IMG/VR virus record: IMGVR_UViG_2627854098_000004
DNA from: a virus
Lineage: Duplodnaviria > Heunggongvirae > Uroviricota > Caudoviricetes
Length of the DNA stretch: 51,192 nt
Reading direction: 5' to 3' (one strand)
Shown: positions 20,315 to 30,501 of the stretch, one piece after another
How positions within the stretch are numbered: position 1 is the stretch's first letter
How the letters are laid out: each line of letters starts with the position of its first letter
Notes under the pieces: model-generated
Told to the model about the DNA's origin: nothing
The model's input: only the letters and a program-made list of their open reading frames with translations
Databases searched by the model: none
Translations under genes and position numbers: made by a program

Positions 20315-21820
20315 TCATGGCATGGCCATGAGCATTTTCACGTCCGCATCACCGTCTGCTGACGTCTGTGCCACGCCACCCTGTACCGCTGCCGGTGAAT
20401 GGTTCGCCATGAAATGTTCAAACATGGCGGTTGTGGATGCAGAGACCGGTTCTGCCTTACCTGATCCCGCAGCCAGCACAGCCCGGGCGCTCTCCACTGT
20501 CATTCCCGGGCAGGCAGCCAGCTGTTCAGCCTGCGCCTCAGCCCCTTTTGCCTCATCCAGTGCCATGATCTGATCACGGAGTGATGGTCCGGCATCCGCC
20601 TGCGGTGAAGCAGCCAGGATCGGGCGGGCTTTTTCCACCGTCATCTCCGGCATCGCCGCCAGCGTTGCCGCCAGTTGTTCACGACCGTTCGCTTCTTCAC
20701 ACACCATAATGCGATCGGCTTCACTCTGCGTGGATGCCACCGGCTGCTGCGGTGCCGCCGCGGCCAGAATCGCCCGGGCCTGTTCAACGCTCATGCCCTG
20801 TTGTCCTGCCAGCATCGTGGCAAGCTGTTCACGTCCTTTCGCTTCCTGGCATGTCAGGATCCCCATCACTCGCTGGTTCTCCTGCGCGGCGGCTTCCGTT
20901 GCAGTTAATTGCGGCATAGTGCCTCCTCTGACATTACTGTTCAGCGCCGTGGCCATCACACTGATGGCATCCGACGCATTGATTAATTCATCCGCCAGCC
21001 CGGCCTCAATGCCGGACTGACCTTCAAAAACGGCAGCCTCTGTTCCCGTGACGGCATCAACAGACAGACCGGTATACATCGCCACTTTTTCGGCAAACAT
21101 CCGGCGCGCCGCATCAATCCGCTGCTGCATGTCCTGGCGAACCTCTGCCGGCAACGCTTCAAACTGATTGCCATCCACCTTGTGCGCCCCTGAGTAAATC
21201 AGCGTGATATCCACACCGGCCTGCGCCAGATGACCGGCATAGCTGACATGGCTCATCATCACGCCAATGGAGCCGATACGGGATGTCTGGGTAACCAGCC
21301 GTCGGGAGCAGGCCGACGCCAGCAGCATGGCTGCAGAACAGGCCGTGTCATTGCACAGTGCCCAGACCGGCTTCTGCTGACGGAGGCGGTAAATCATGTC
21401 AGCGCAGTCAAACGCGCCGGCGGCCTGCCCGCCCGGACTGTCAATGTCCAGCAGTACGCCCCGCACCTGGCTATCCGCCATTGCCTGCTGAAGACAGGCG
21501 ACAATGCCGTCATAGCCTGTCATTCCGGAAAATGGCCGCATACCACCCAGCCGGTGCACCAGTGTGCCGGTCACCGGCAGTACAGCAATACCGTTCACCA
21601 CCCGGTAAACACGGGCCGGTCGTTTACCTCCGGCCATGTACTCGTCCGTTTCAGCCAGCATTCCGGGAGCATCAAACTGTACCTGCTGTTGTGGTACCGA
21701 AAGACTTGCTGCCCCCATCTCGCGCCCGAGCGCGCAAAAGAAAACCCGCGCATAGGCGGGCTCCAGAAGCAGCGGTTCATTGAATGCTGCGGCAATAATG
21801 TGTGAAAGATTACGTCTCAC
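20315..21820 (-). CDS. C: head protease/scaffold protein C (S49/SppA-like) with a triplicated C-terminal repeat
   Basis: 501 aa; DSPGG serine-protease motif; the C-terminal part carries three tandem degenerate copies of about 40-45 aa (EAKGREQLA...MSVEQARAILAA). Confidence 0.8.
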   Translation of the reverse strand: MRRNLSHIIAAAFNEPLLLEPAYARVFFCALGREMGAASLSVPQQQVQFDAPGMLAETDEYMAGGKRPARVYRVVNGIAVLPVTGTLVHRLGGMRPFSGMTGYDGIVACLQQAMADSQVRGVLLDIDSPGGQAAGAFDCADMIYRLRQQKPVWALCNDTACSAAMLLASACSRRLVTQTSRIGSIGVMMSHVSYAGHLAQAGVDITLIYSGAHKVDGNQFEALPAEVRQDMQQRIDAARRMFAEKVAMYTGLSVDAVTGTEAAVFEGQSGIEAGLADELINASDAISVMATALNSNVRGGTMPQLTATEAAAQENQRVMGILTCQEAKGREQLATMLAGQQGMSVEQARAILAAAAPQQPVASTQSEADRIMVCEEANGREQLAATLAAMPEMTVEKARPILAASPQADAGPSLRDQIMALDEAKGAEAQAEQLAACPGMTVESARAVLAAGSGKAEPVSASTTAMFEHFMANHSPAAVQGGVAQTSADGDADVKMLMAMP

Positions 21821-23402
21821 GTGGTGTTGTCTCCTCTTCCGGCCTACGACTCTCCGCTATCTGCTGCTGATACGCCTGCTCTATCCACACCGGACGTGAG
21901 AGTCCGGCTTTTTGCCGCTCAGCAGATTCCCTGACCTGCTGGCGGAAAATGTCCTGATAATCCTCGCCCATCAGCGCCAGCTCTTTCTCATACGTGCTCA
22001 GTCCGGCCTCAATGCGCATCACTGATTCCTGGACTTCCTTGAGCCCGTCAATGGCCATTCTTCCGGCACCAATCCACTCTGCCCGTGACCAGGCTGATCG
22101 CGCCTGATAAAAATCAAAACGTGCCCGTGGCGGACGAATAATCCCCCGAAGAAGTGCCTCTTCCAGCCAGCAGGAAAACATCTGCGTGGCCAGCCGGGCC
22201 GCAATAAATTTTCGCCGCCCCATAAAATAGCGCCACGACTCATTGGCGGAGGCGCGGGCACTTGAGTAACTGACCTTCGAGTAATCACGGGACAACTGTT
22301 CGTAGGAAACGCCAAGACCGGCGGCGATATACCGCAGCAGCGCCTGTTCAAGCGCAGAAAATCCATTGTCTGAATCCTGCGCAGTCTGTAGTTTCAGATC
22401 ATCACCAGGGAAAAGGTGCGGAATTTTGACACCGCCCAGTGTCACGTTATTCGTGTCATACCAGCTGGAAAACTTCTCCAGAATATTAATAAGCGGATTA
22501 TCCTTCTGCTCCTGTGGCGCGCCGGCGATATATTCAAAGGCCTTTTCGGTATCAAGTTCACTTTCAATCGTCGCTGCATACATCGCCTTCACTATGGCCG
22601 ACTGAAGCTGTGTTGCCTGCAGGGAATCGAGCATCTTCAGCCGTTCCATGACGCTGTAAAACTGATTAGCCCCACGGGTCTGCCCGTCCTCCACCGGCTC
22701 GAAAATATGCAGCATGGCCGGACGCCCGGTGGGAAGTTCACGCGGGATCCGTTCCCATCGTCCACTACCAGAGAACGGAAAATCATCCTCACAGATATGG
22801 TACGCGACGGCACGGCCATATCGATCGACCTCCACACCGGCCCGCAGAAAACGGTTCCCCATACCGTGTCCAGGCGTGTCCACCCGTTTCGGACTCACGG
22901 CTTTAAAACGCGTACGGAATAACTGCGTGGTTTCCGTATCCCAGACCGGCTGCACAAAGATTTCGCCGTTAAACGCATGAACGCCCACACCTTCACGGAT
23001 AAATTCCGTGAACGTGCGTTTTCCTTCCACGTCGATCTCGCCAAACATCCCTTCGGCGTATTCCGACCAGGCCGCCTCCACCTCATCGACAAAGCTTTTT
23101 GCTGCGGTCTCCCGCATCCCCAGCCAGCGCCAGTTCGGACGGTAGCTGATCAGAAACATATGCCCGACAATGTGATCCTTATGCAGAGCCACCGCATTAG
23201 CCGCTATTCCGTTATTGCGCACCAGATCATCTGCCCGGGCATTCCCCAGACGCAACGCGGGCAGCAGGGCCGCATCGGCACTCTGCGCCGGTGGCAACCA
23301 CTCAGCCATTTGCCCGCCAAATCCTGCACCGCCCCCGTTGTAGCTGAGACTCTCACGAAGCGGAACGCCGTTCACATCAATCAGGACAGGCGTTCGTTTC
23401 AT
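21810..23402 (-). CDS. B: portal protein B
   Basis: ORF 21810..23432; start MKRTPVLIDVNGVPL at 23402 in an ATGA overlap with the W stop; near-identical to lambda gpB. Confidence 0.9.
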   Translation of the reverse strand: MKRTPVLIDVNGVPLRESLSYNGGGAGFGGQMAEWLPPAQSADAALLPALRLGNARADDLVRNNGIAANAVALHKDHIVGHMFLISYRPNWRWLGMRETAAKSFVDEVEAAWSEYAEGMFGEIDVEGKRTFTEFIREGVGVHAFNGEIFVQPVWDTETTQLFRTRFKAVSPKRVDTPGHGMGNRFLRAGVEVDRYGRAVAYHICEDDFPFSGSGRWERIPRELPTGRPAMLHIFEPVEDGQTRGANQFYSVMERLKMLDSLQATQLQSAIVKAMYAATIESELDTEKAFEYIAGAPQEQKDNPLINILEKFSSWYDTNNVTLGGVKIPHLFPGDDLKLQTAQDSDNGFSALEQALLRYIAAGLGVSYEQLSRDYSKVSYSSARASANESWRYFMGRRKFIAARLATQMFSCWLEEALLRGIIRPPRARFDFYQARSAWSRAEWIGAGRMAIDGLKEVQESVMRIEAGLSTYEKELALMGEDYQDIFRQQVRESAERQKAGLSRPVWIEQAYQQQIAESRRPEEETTPRET

Positions 23403-23605
23403 AACCTCACTCCCAGCGGACGACGGCGACACCGGGTTGTCCCCAGTACCGACTCCGCATCATTGATCGCCCGGTTAAGCTCATCCAGAGAAGCCGCCGT
23501 ATATTCAATTCTGCGACCATCTTTCTGGACAGACACCACCCGTTTACCGGTTAATAAATCAAGGCGCGCCTGACGCAGCGCCTGCAGTTCAGCGACTGTA
23601 ACCAT
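23399..23605 (-). CDS. W: head-tail joining protein W
   Basis: 68 aa; lambda gpW-like. Confidence 0.85.
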   Translation of the reverse strand: MVTVAELQALRQARLDLLTGKRVVSVQKDGRRIEYTAASLDELNRAINDAESVLGTTRCRRRPLGVRL

Positions 23606-25517
23606 TCACTCCTCCGGACAGCTTCGCTGCCAGTTCTTTAAGGGTTGGCCGGGTCGTCTCTTCTTCCCGGGATTTTGCCAGTACAGCCAGATCAAGCTGC
23701 CAGCGTTGCACGGACACACGTAATGCCGCGTAGGCATACACCAGGCAGTCCAGCGCTTCGTTACGCCGCTTTTTGTTATCCCACAGCAGACGCATCTTTC
23801 CTTTTTCCCACTTCTCCACAAGCTCTTCCGCGACCAGTTGCTGCGCCTCTGTCTGCGAAAAAATCTCCGGATCATCAGGAAAACGGATAGCATACGACGT
23901 GGCTTCATCCACAGGCGTGGGATCGGCTTTCATACGGGCATAGAGAATTTCTTTTGCGGTGTCCGTCCCCACTTCACACAGATACACGCCCCGCTGATTG
24001 CGGGTTTTTGGCATGGTGATCACCGGCTTGCCATAGACAGATGCGCCTTTTACCGGCAGCACCCGGAAAACACCGTGTTTTTTTGACCTCTGATAAACGA
24101 TTTCGCCATCGATCCCCCCGATGTCCCAGCAGACACGGGAAATGGTCATTTCGGTTCCGTCTGCATGGCGGTATTTTTTGTTGATCGCCGCATCCACACG
24201 TAACAGCGTCTCTTCCTCATCGGGACGCCCCATAATGATGATTTTATCCACCAGAAAGGCTTCCTCTCCCGGAGCCCATCCCCAGACATACATCTCAAAA
24301 CGGTTTCGCTGCGAGTCAATGCCCGCCGTCAGATAAACCACCCGGGCAGGCACCGCCGCCGTGTAACGCACAACCTTATCCATCAGCACCTGGTGATCGA
24401 GTTTTTCGCCCACAGCCTCTTCCCAGGTCTCGCCCAGCGTGGTGTTCACAAAGGTTTTCAGGCCGTTGGGATCTTTCAGTGCATCCAGCCAGTCATAGAC
24501 AATCTGTACCCAGGTGGTGAACGGACTGTACGCCGTCCAGATATGGAAAGTGATGGAGCGCGGCGGCGGAATTTCATCACCCCGGGCGCTGAAAAACATC
24601 AGGCCGTCACGGGTCCACATGCCCGTGTTTTCACAGATCCACCGCCCGTTACTCTGGTCAAGCTCAGACTGATGGATCACACAGCCATGATGCTCACAAA
24701 GGTAGAAAACACTTTCTGGCTTATTCTTCTCCCACTTAAGACCGAAAGGCGAGGCATCATCGCCAAATTTCAGATACTGCTCCTCCCCACAGTGCGGACA
24801 GGGCACATAAAAACGCATGAAGTGTGCCGACTCGTTAGCGGCTTTTTCGATCTGGCAGGAGCCTTTGATTTTAGGCGTCGAGCCGCGAATGGATTTTGGC
24901 CATACAGAGCCCTCAATACGTTTATCCCCCAGCAGGGTTGGCGAACCCTCTTTTTCAACATCCGGTTCGAACGAGGAAAGCTCGTCATAACAGACCACAT
25001 CCACGGATTTTTCACGGTAGTTTTTTGCTGCCGCACCACCCAGACACCAGAACCCCACACCGGAGGAAAAACGCTTCAGGGTGAGCGTATTATCGCGGTG
25101 TTTTCTTCCGAACCATGGAGCCAGCTCCAGCAATGCAGGAACATCCCTTATCGTTGGCTCAACATGAGATTTCATAAAATCTTCAGCAGCTGAGTCCGTG
25201 GGCTGAAAAAGAAGGCTGTTGCGTGATTTATGCTCAATAAAATAAGCCTCCACTCCCAGCAACATCTTTGTATAACCAACACGGGCAGATTTAATCAGGT
25301 TAACCGTGCGAATCAGATCGTTGCCCATACAGTTCATGATGCCAACCTGAAACGGCAGTGTTTCCCATCGCCCCGGGGTATAAGACGACTCTTTAGGAAG
25401 GTAATAATGTTTATTGGCCCACTGAACTGTCGTCAGTGGAACAGGAATAATGAGAGATAAAAGCCCTGTAGCTATCGCACCGGCTGCATTAGCTGCCTTC
25501 TGCGCGTCTGAAATCAT
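23589..25517 (-). CDS. A: terminase large subunit A
   Basis: ORF 23589..25559; likely start ATG 25517 overlapping the end of Nu1 as in lambda; lambda gpA-like throughout. Confidence 0.9.
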
Positions 25518-26037
25518 CGATCCACCCGCCCACGTTTTCACCGGCCTTAGCTGCAACATTGGAGGCTTTCGCGATTTCAGTTTTCACCACATCAAGGTGT
25601 GATGGTGAAATGTCCGGATATTTACGCTGTAATGTCAACGGCACACGCACAAGTATCCCCGAAATCTCCTGTGCCACACGTTGCAGAATGAAGGTAAACA
25701 GTTCAGTTTCCAGCACTACTCCGTCTTCACGGGCATTTTTCAGTTCCTGCGCATCTGCCTGCGCTTTTGTGAGCCGGTAGCGTTCATAGTCAATGGTGCC
25801 GGGTTGTAAATCTGACTCCGCTGCCGCACGCAAATCGTCCAGTTCTTTGCGGAGCTTTTCGTTTTCGATATCAGTTTCCCTCTGCGCATACCACTGAATT
25901 GCCATGGCAGTATCAAATACAGATTCAATGCCCTTACTACCTTTGGAGGCGCAAGGGAGTCCCTGAGACTGCCAGCGTTCAATCGTCCGCGGGTCCACGT
26001 TGAAAATTTCGGCAAGCCTCTTTTTATTAACCTTCAT
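25489..26037 (-). CDS. nu1: terminase small subunit Nu1
   Basis: 182 aa; lambda Nu1-like but with a diverged N-terminal helix-turn-helix. Confidence 0.85.
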
Positions 26038-26063
26038 GAAAACAACCCATTATCAAATACAAG

Positions 26064-26117
26064 GCCCGACATGAAAACGCCAGAAAAAGGCATTTTCGGA
26101 CACTTTCATGTCGGACC
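26064..26117. promoter_or_regulatory. inverted repeat in the cosB remnant (candidate terminase small-subunit binding elements)
   Basis: GGCCCGACATGAAA at 26064-26077 and its near-complement TTTCATGTCGGACC at 26104-26117, 27-106 nt upstream of Nu1. Confidence 0.35.
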
Positions 26118-26219
26118 TTTACGGATGCAATATTAAAAAAACAAAAAGTTATATTCGAGAAGTACCGTAACCGGCTCATTTAAACCGTCTGGTCTGTTTC
26201 CTCCGGCTCTACAAAAATA

Positions 26220-26897
26220 ATGTCCATCATTTTTAATGGACACTATCGTATGAAACACCGGACCTGGATCACTGAAGCTTTACGTCTTCACTTTGAAGAA
26301 CATTTACCCCGGGTTGTGGCCGGGCGTCGCCTGGGTGTACCAAAATCAACAGTTTGTAGTATGTTCGTGCGCTTTCGGAGAGCTGGCCTTTCGTGGCCTT
26401 TGCCCGCAGGCATGTCGGAGCAGGAACTTGATGCCTGCCTTTACGGACAATTTTCCACGGTACCAGTCGTACGTCCTGAAAGCACCGTTATATCCGAAGC
26501 CCCCGTGGTAAAAAAACGTCCCCGGCGGCCCAACTTCCCTTATGAGTTTAAAATCGCCTTAGTGGAGCAGTCACTGCAGCCCGGAGCCTGTGTGGCGCAG
26601 ATCGCCCGGGAAAACGGAATCAACGATAACCTGCTCTTCAACTGGCGCCATCAATACCGGAAAGGTGGCCTGCTGCCTTCCGGAAAAAATATGCCGGCAC
26701 TGCTTCCCGTGACGTTAACGCCGGAGCCGGATAATAAAATCCCGGCCCCCGCACAGGAACCAGAGCAGATAAATACACCGTCCGACAGTCTGTGTTGTGA
26801 GCTGGTTCTGCCGGCCGGAACTCTCAGGCTTAAAGGTAAACTGACGCCGGCGTTATTACAGACACTTATCCGCGAAATAAAAGGGAGCAGCCACTGA
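26220..26897 (+). CDS. IS66-family accessory protein TnpA (start uncertain)
   Basis: ORF has an IS66 orf1-like C-terminal part (PNFPYEFKIALVEQSL...LLFNWRHQYRKG); the N-terminal extension may not be translated. Confidence 0.6.
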   Translation: MSIIFNGHYRMKHRTWITEALRLHFEEHLPRVVAGRRLGVPKSTVCSMFVRFRRAGLSWPLPAGMSEQELDACLYGQFSTVPVVRPESTVISEAPVVKKRPRRPNFPYEFKIALVEQSLQPGACVAQIARENGINDNLLFNWRHQYRKGGLLPSGKNMPALLPVTLTPEPDNKIPAPAQEPEQINTPSDSLCCELVLPAGTLRLKGKLTPALLQTLIREIKGSSH

Positions 26898-27244
26898 TGA
26901 TATCTCTCCCTGCAGGTTCGCGTATCTGGCTGGTTGCAGGTATCACCGATATGCGAAATGGCTTTAACGGCCTGGCATCAAAAGTTCAGAACGTCCTGAA
27001 GGATGACCCGTTCTCCGGACACCTGTTCATCTTCCGCGGACGCCGGGGTGACCAGATAAAAGTGTTGTGGGCTGACAGTGACGGACTGTGCCTCTTCACC
27101 AAACGCCTGGAGCGGGGCCGCTTCGTCTGGCCAGTCACCCGTGACGGCAAGGTGCACCTTACTCCGGCTCAGTTATCCATGCTTCTTGAAGGTATCAACT
27201 GGAAGCACCCGAAACGAACGGAACGCGCTGGAATCCGCATATAA
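26897..27244 (+). CDS. IS66-family TnpB
   Basis: 115 aa; [27 protein letters not shown] signature. Confidence 0.85.
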   Translation: MISLPAGSRIWLVAGITDMRNGFNGLASKVQNVLKDDPFSGHLFIFRGRRGDQIKVLWADSDGLCLFTKRLERGRFVWPVTRDGKVHLTPAQLSMLLEGINWKHPKRTERAGIRI

Positions 27245-27263
27245 CCCGTTGTAAAGTGAGGAT

Positions 27264-28835
27264 ATGGACACCTCACTTGCTCATGAGAACGCCCGCCTGC
27301 GGGCACTGTTGCAGACGCAACAGGACACCATCCGCCAGATGGCTGAATACAACCGCCTGCTCTCACAGCGGGTGGCGGCTTATGCTTCCGAAATCAACCG
27401 GCTGAAGGCGCTGGTTGCGAAACTGCAACGTATGCAGTTCGGTAAAAGCTCAGAAAAACTTCGTGCAAAAACCGAACGGCAGATACAGGAAGCACAGGAG
27501 CGAATCAGCGCACTTCAGGAAGAAATGGCGGAAACGCTGGGTGAGCAATATGACCCGGTACTGCCATCCGCCCTGCGCCAGTCTTCAGCCCGTAAACCGT
27601 TACCGGCCTCACTTCCCCGTGAAACCCGGGTTATCCGGCCGGAAGAGGAATGCTGTCCTGCCTGTGGTGGTGAACTCAGTTCTCTGGGATGTGATGTGTC
27701 AGAGCAACTGGAGCTTATCAGCAGCGCCTTTAAGGTTATCGAAACACAACGTCCGAAACAGGCCTGTTGCCGGTGCGACCATATCGTGCAGGCACCAGTA
27801 CCTTCAAAACCCATTGCACGCAGTTATGCCGGAGCGGGGCTTCTGGCCCATGTTGTCACCGGGAAATATGCAGACCATCTGCCGTTATACCGCCAGTCAG
27901 AAATATACCGTCGTCAGGGAGTGGAGCTGAGCCGTGCCACACTGGGGCGCTGGACAGGTGCTGTTGCTGAACTGCTGGAGCCGCTGTATGACGTCCTGCG
28001 CCAGTATGTGCTGATGCCCGGTAAAGTCCATGCTGATGATATCCCCGTCCCGGTCCAGGAGCCGGGCAGCGGTAAAACCCGGACAGCCCGGCTGTGGGTC
28101 TACGTCCGTGATGACCGTAACGCCGGTTCACAGATGCCCCCGGCGGTCTGGTTCGCGTACAGTCCGGACCGGAAAGGTATCCATCCACAAAATCACCTGG
28201 CCGGTTACAGCGGTGTGCTTCAGGCCGATGCTTACGGTGGTTACCGGGCGTTATACGAATCCGGCAGAATAACGGAAGCCGCGTGTATGGCTCATGCCCG
28301 GAGAAAAATCCACGATGTGCATGCAAGAGCGCCCACCTACATCACCACGGAAGCCCTGCAGCGTATCGGTGAACTGTATGCCATCGAGGCAGAGGTCCGG
28401 GGCTGTTCAGCAGAACAGCGTCTGGCGGCAAGAAAAGCCAGAGCCGCGCCACTGATGCAGTCACTGTATGACTGGATACAGCAACAGATGAAAACACTGT
28501 CGCGTCACTCAGATACGGCAAAAGCGTTCGCATACCTGCTGAAACAGTGGGATGCACTGAACGTGTACTGCAGTAATGGCTGGGTGGAAATCGACAACAA
28601 CATCGCAGAGAACGCCTTACGGGGAGTGGCCGTAGGCCGGAAAAACTGGATGTTCGCGGGTTCCGACAGCGGTGGTGAACATGCGGCGGTGTTGTACTCG
28701 CTGATCGGCACATGCCGTCTGAACAATGTGGAGCCAGAAAAGTGGCTGCGTTACGTCATTGAACATATCCAGGACTGGCCGGCAAACCGGGTACGCGATC
28801 TGTTGCCCTGGAAAGTTGATCTGAGCTCTCAGTAA
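27264..28835 (+). CDS. IS66-family transposase TnpC
   Basis: 523 aa; zinc-ribbon CxxC...CxxC and IS66 transposase core. Confidence 0.85.
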   Translation: MDTSLAHENARLRALLQTQQDTIRQMAEYNRLLSQRVAAYASEINRLKALVAKLQRMQFGKSSEKLRAKTERQIQEAQERISALQEEMAETLGEQYDPVLPSALRQSSARKPLPASLPRETRVIRPEEECCPACGGELSSLGCDVSEQLELISSAFKVIETQRPKQACCRCDHIVQAPVPSKPIARSYAGAGLLAHVVTGKYADHLPLYRQSEIYRRQGVELSRATLGRWTGAVAELLEPLYDVLRQYVLMPGKVHADDIPVPVQEPGSGKTRTARLWVYVRDDRNAGSQMPPAVWFAYSPDRKGIHPQNHLAGYSGVLQADAYGGYRALYESGRITEAACMAHARRKIHDVHARAPTYITTEALQRIGELYAIEAEVRGCSAEQRLAARKARAAPLMQSLYDWIQQQMKTLSRHSDTAKAFAYLLKQWDALNVYCSNGWVEIDNNIAENALRGVAVGRKNWMFAGSDSGGEHAAVLYSLIGTCRLNNVEPEKWLRYVIEHIQDWPANRVRDLLPWKVDLSSQ

Positions 28836-28919
28836 ATATCAATACGGTTCTGACGAGTCGCTTACGAAGTACCGACACGATTTTCCCTGAAAAATTTTCA
28901 TAAATAGTGAAAAACCGCG

Positions 28920-28931
28920 AGGTCGCCGCCC
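28920..28931 (-). other. cosN cohesive-end site (lambda-type 12-nt sequence GGGCGGCGACCT on the - strand)
   Basis: The - strand reads GGGGCGGCGACCTCGCGGTTTTTCACTATTTATGAAAATTTT, closely matching the lambda cos region as I recall it; separated from Nu1 by the IS66 element. Confidence 0.75.
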
Positions 28932-29079
28932 CGTAACCTGTTGGATCGACGGAAAGGACCCGAAAACGAGAATAATTATCACTTACAGCAAGAATCGAAT
29001 CTGATCTATTATGGTGCTTGCTATTATGTGCCGGCACAAGTGCGTCGTTTACCGTCATTTCACACAGAGGCATCATCAA

Positions 29080-29331
29080 ATGAAAATCAGAAATATTCTC
29101 GCTATCTCCCTTGCGACATCATCCTTCAGTTGCCTGGCATTTAAATCCTCGCCCAATGTGCTACCAGGACCAACGAATCAACTAACTGCGGTAGAAAGTA
29201 AAATTATCGGACATTTTTATGCCCCACACAGTACATTACCCGGAACAACCATCACAGGGACATGTGACGCCTCCCCCGTCCCGGGATGCACCTGTCCGTT
29301 TTGTACTATGCTGCGTAGCCAAAACCGATAA
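29080..29331 (+). CDS. small secreted Cys-rich protein (83 aa, signal peptide)
   Basis: ATG 29080 with AGAGG upstream; hydrophobic N-terminus MKIRNILAISLATSSFSCLAF; C-terminal CxC...CPFC. Confidence 0.4.
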   Translation: MKIRNILAISLATSSFSCLAFKSSPNVLPGPTNQLTAVESKIIGHFYAPHSTLPGTTITGTCDASPVPGCTCPFCTMLRSQNR

Positions 29332-29392
29332 CATCCGCATTTACCTGGTATTCCATGATGAGTTCACGCAGCGACTGATAGAGGAAGGAAAG

Positions 29393-29572
29393 ATGGTTAG
29401 TAAAAGCAAGGCGCATTGCCGCCGCATGCTGCAGGCATTGCAACAGACGAGAGCAGGTATTTTTGACCAGTTGGAAAACTGCCAGCATACTTTGCCCGAG
29501 TATATCGCCATCTCATCGGAAACCAGTGCAACTCTTATTCATCGGGTTCCACCAGAGAAAAAGAAGAAATGA
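29393..29572 (+). CDS. hypothetical small protein (59 aa)
   Basis: ATG 29393 with strong RBS GAGGAAGGAAAG; ends in KKKK. Confidence 0.35.
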   Translation: MVSKSKAHCRRMLQALQQTRAGIFDQLENCQHTLPEYIAISSETSATLIHRVPPEKKKK

Positions 29573-29694
29573 ACAGTGAGGCGTTGTGTGGCATACAACG
29601 CCTTCTTCCATCATTCCTCGTCAGCCATGACAAAAATATAACCGCTGGCTCTTTCATTTTTCTCCTGCTTCCAGCCCCTCTCTACCTGGAAGCA

Positions 29695-30021
29695 TCAAGG
29701 ACGTGACGGCGTAAAGATAAATTGTCTCTTCACTCCCTGACAGGGGCGATTCTTTTCAAATCGCCATTTCGCCATGGCCTTCACCACTTCATCACGAAAC
29801 AAATTATGAGGCTCTGAGCGGAGAAAAACGATCCGTGTCACAGTCCCATCAGCACCAATATCGAACTTAACCTCAACCAGCCCCTTGATATAATTTGCTG
29901 CAGCATATTCCGGATATCGTGGATACACCGTCACTAATTGCCGGGGCTCATCAGCTTTTTGCTGCGAGCATCCCACTGCCAGGACAGATAACAGAAAAAG
30001 TAGTAAAAGGCGTCTTTTCAT
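29695..30021 (-). CDS. lipoprotein with a TonB C-terminal-like domain (108 aa)
   Basis: Start ATG 30021 with RBS AGGAA; lipobox LAVGC followed by Ser; PRYPEYAAANYIKGLVEVKFDIGADGTVTRIVFLRSEPHNLFRDEVVKAMAKWRF aligns with the E. coli TonB C-terminal domain. Confidence 0.7.
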   Translation of the reverse strand: MKRRLLLLFLLSVLAVGCSQQKADEPRQLVTVYPRYPEYAAANYIKGLVEVKFDIGADGTVTRIVFLRSEPHNLFRDEVVKAMAKWRFEKNRPCQGVKRQFIFTPSRP

Positions 30022-30501
30022 TTTTATTCCTACGGGTCTTATTCTGACAATATATCCTGTGTTCCAGACTGCCACATCACCACATCCTGTGCCATTATCT
30101 GACTCACATTACATACATCGCATCGGGATACAGTAGTAGCACTTTCTGTAATACAGCTTCCTGTTTCTTCCACCATCGCACCGGGATAAACCCGCGAATC
30201 ATTAACGCGGTAAAAACCCGGTGTGCATCGTTTTTAATTATTCCCGCACACTCACGCAGAAGGAATTCCCCGTCGGGCTACGGTCATGGTTAATGCGGGA
30301 ATACGGCGACGATACAGCGCAGCTAAAAGGGTAATGGACGGATAGACCGGTTTATTTCATTCCACAGGATTCTGAGTGTCCCCAACTTCCTCCAATAGTC
30401 TGAGCCCACCTGTGTAGTTTTAATTTTCATCAATCCATTTAACTATCGTTTAATTGTTGTCACATAGGATTCTGCCGTTTTTAACAATGCAGGATAATAA
30501 G

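Larger units (their letters stand above)
26167..28865 (+). mobile_element. IS66-family insertion sequence (2699 bp) inserted in cosB
   Basis: Imperfect terminal repeats beginning GTAACCGG... and ending ...CGCTTAC; 8-bp direct target duplication GAAGTACC at 26159-26166 and 28866-28873; three ORFs tnpA-tnpB-tnpC. Confidence 0.85.

Noticed and set aside
26220-26400. N-terminal 60-codon extension of the IS66 tnpA ORF
   Set aside because: The second IS66 copy has a 133-aa TnpA without such an extension, so the true start is probably internal; kept only as an uncertain start on the tnpA feature.
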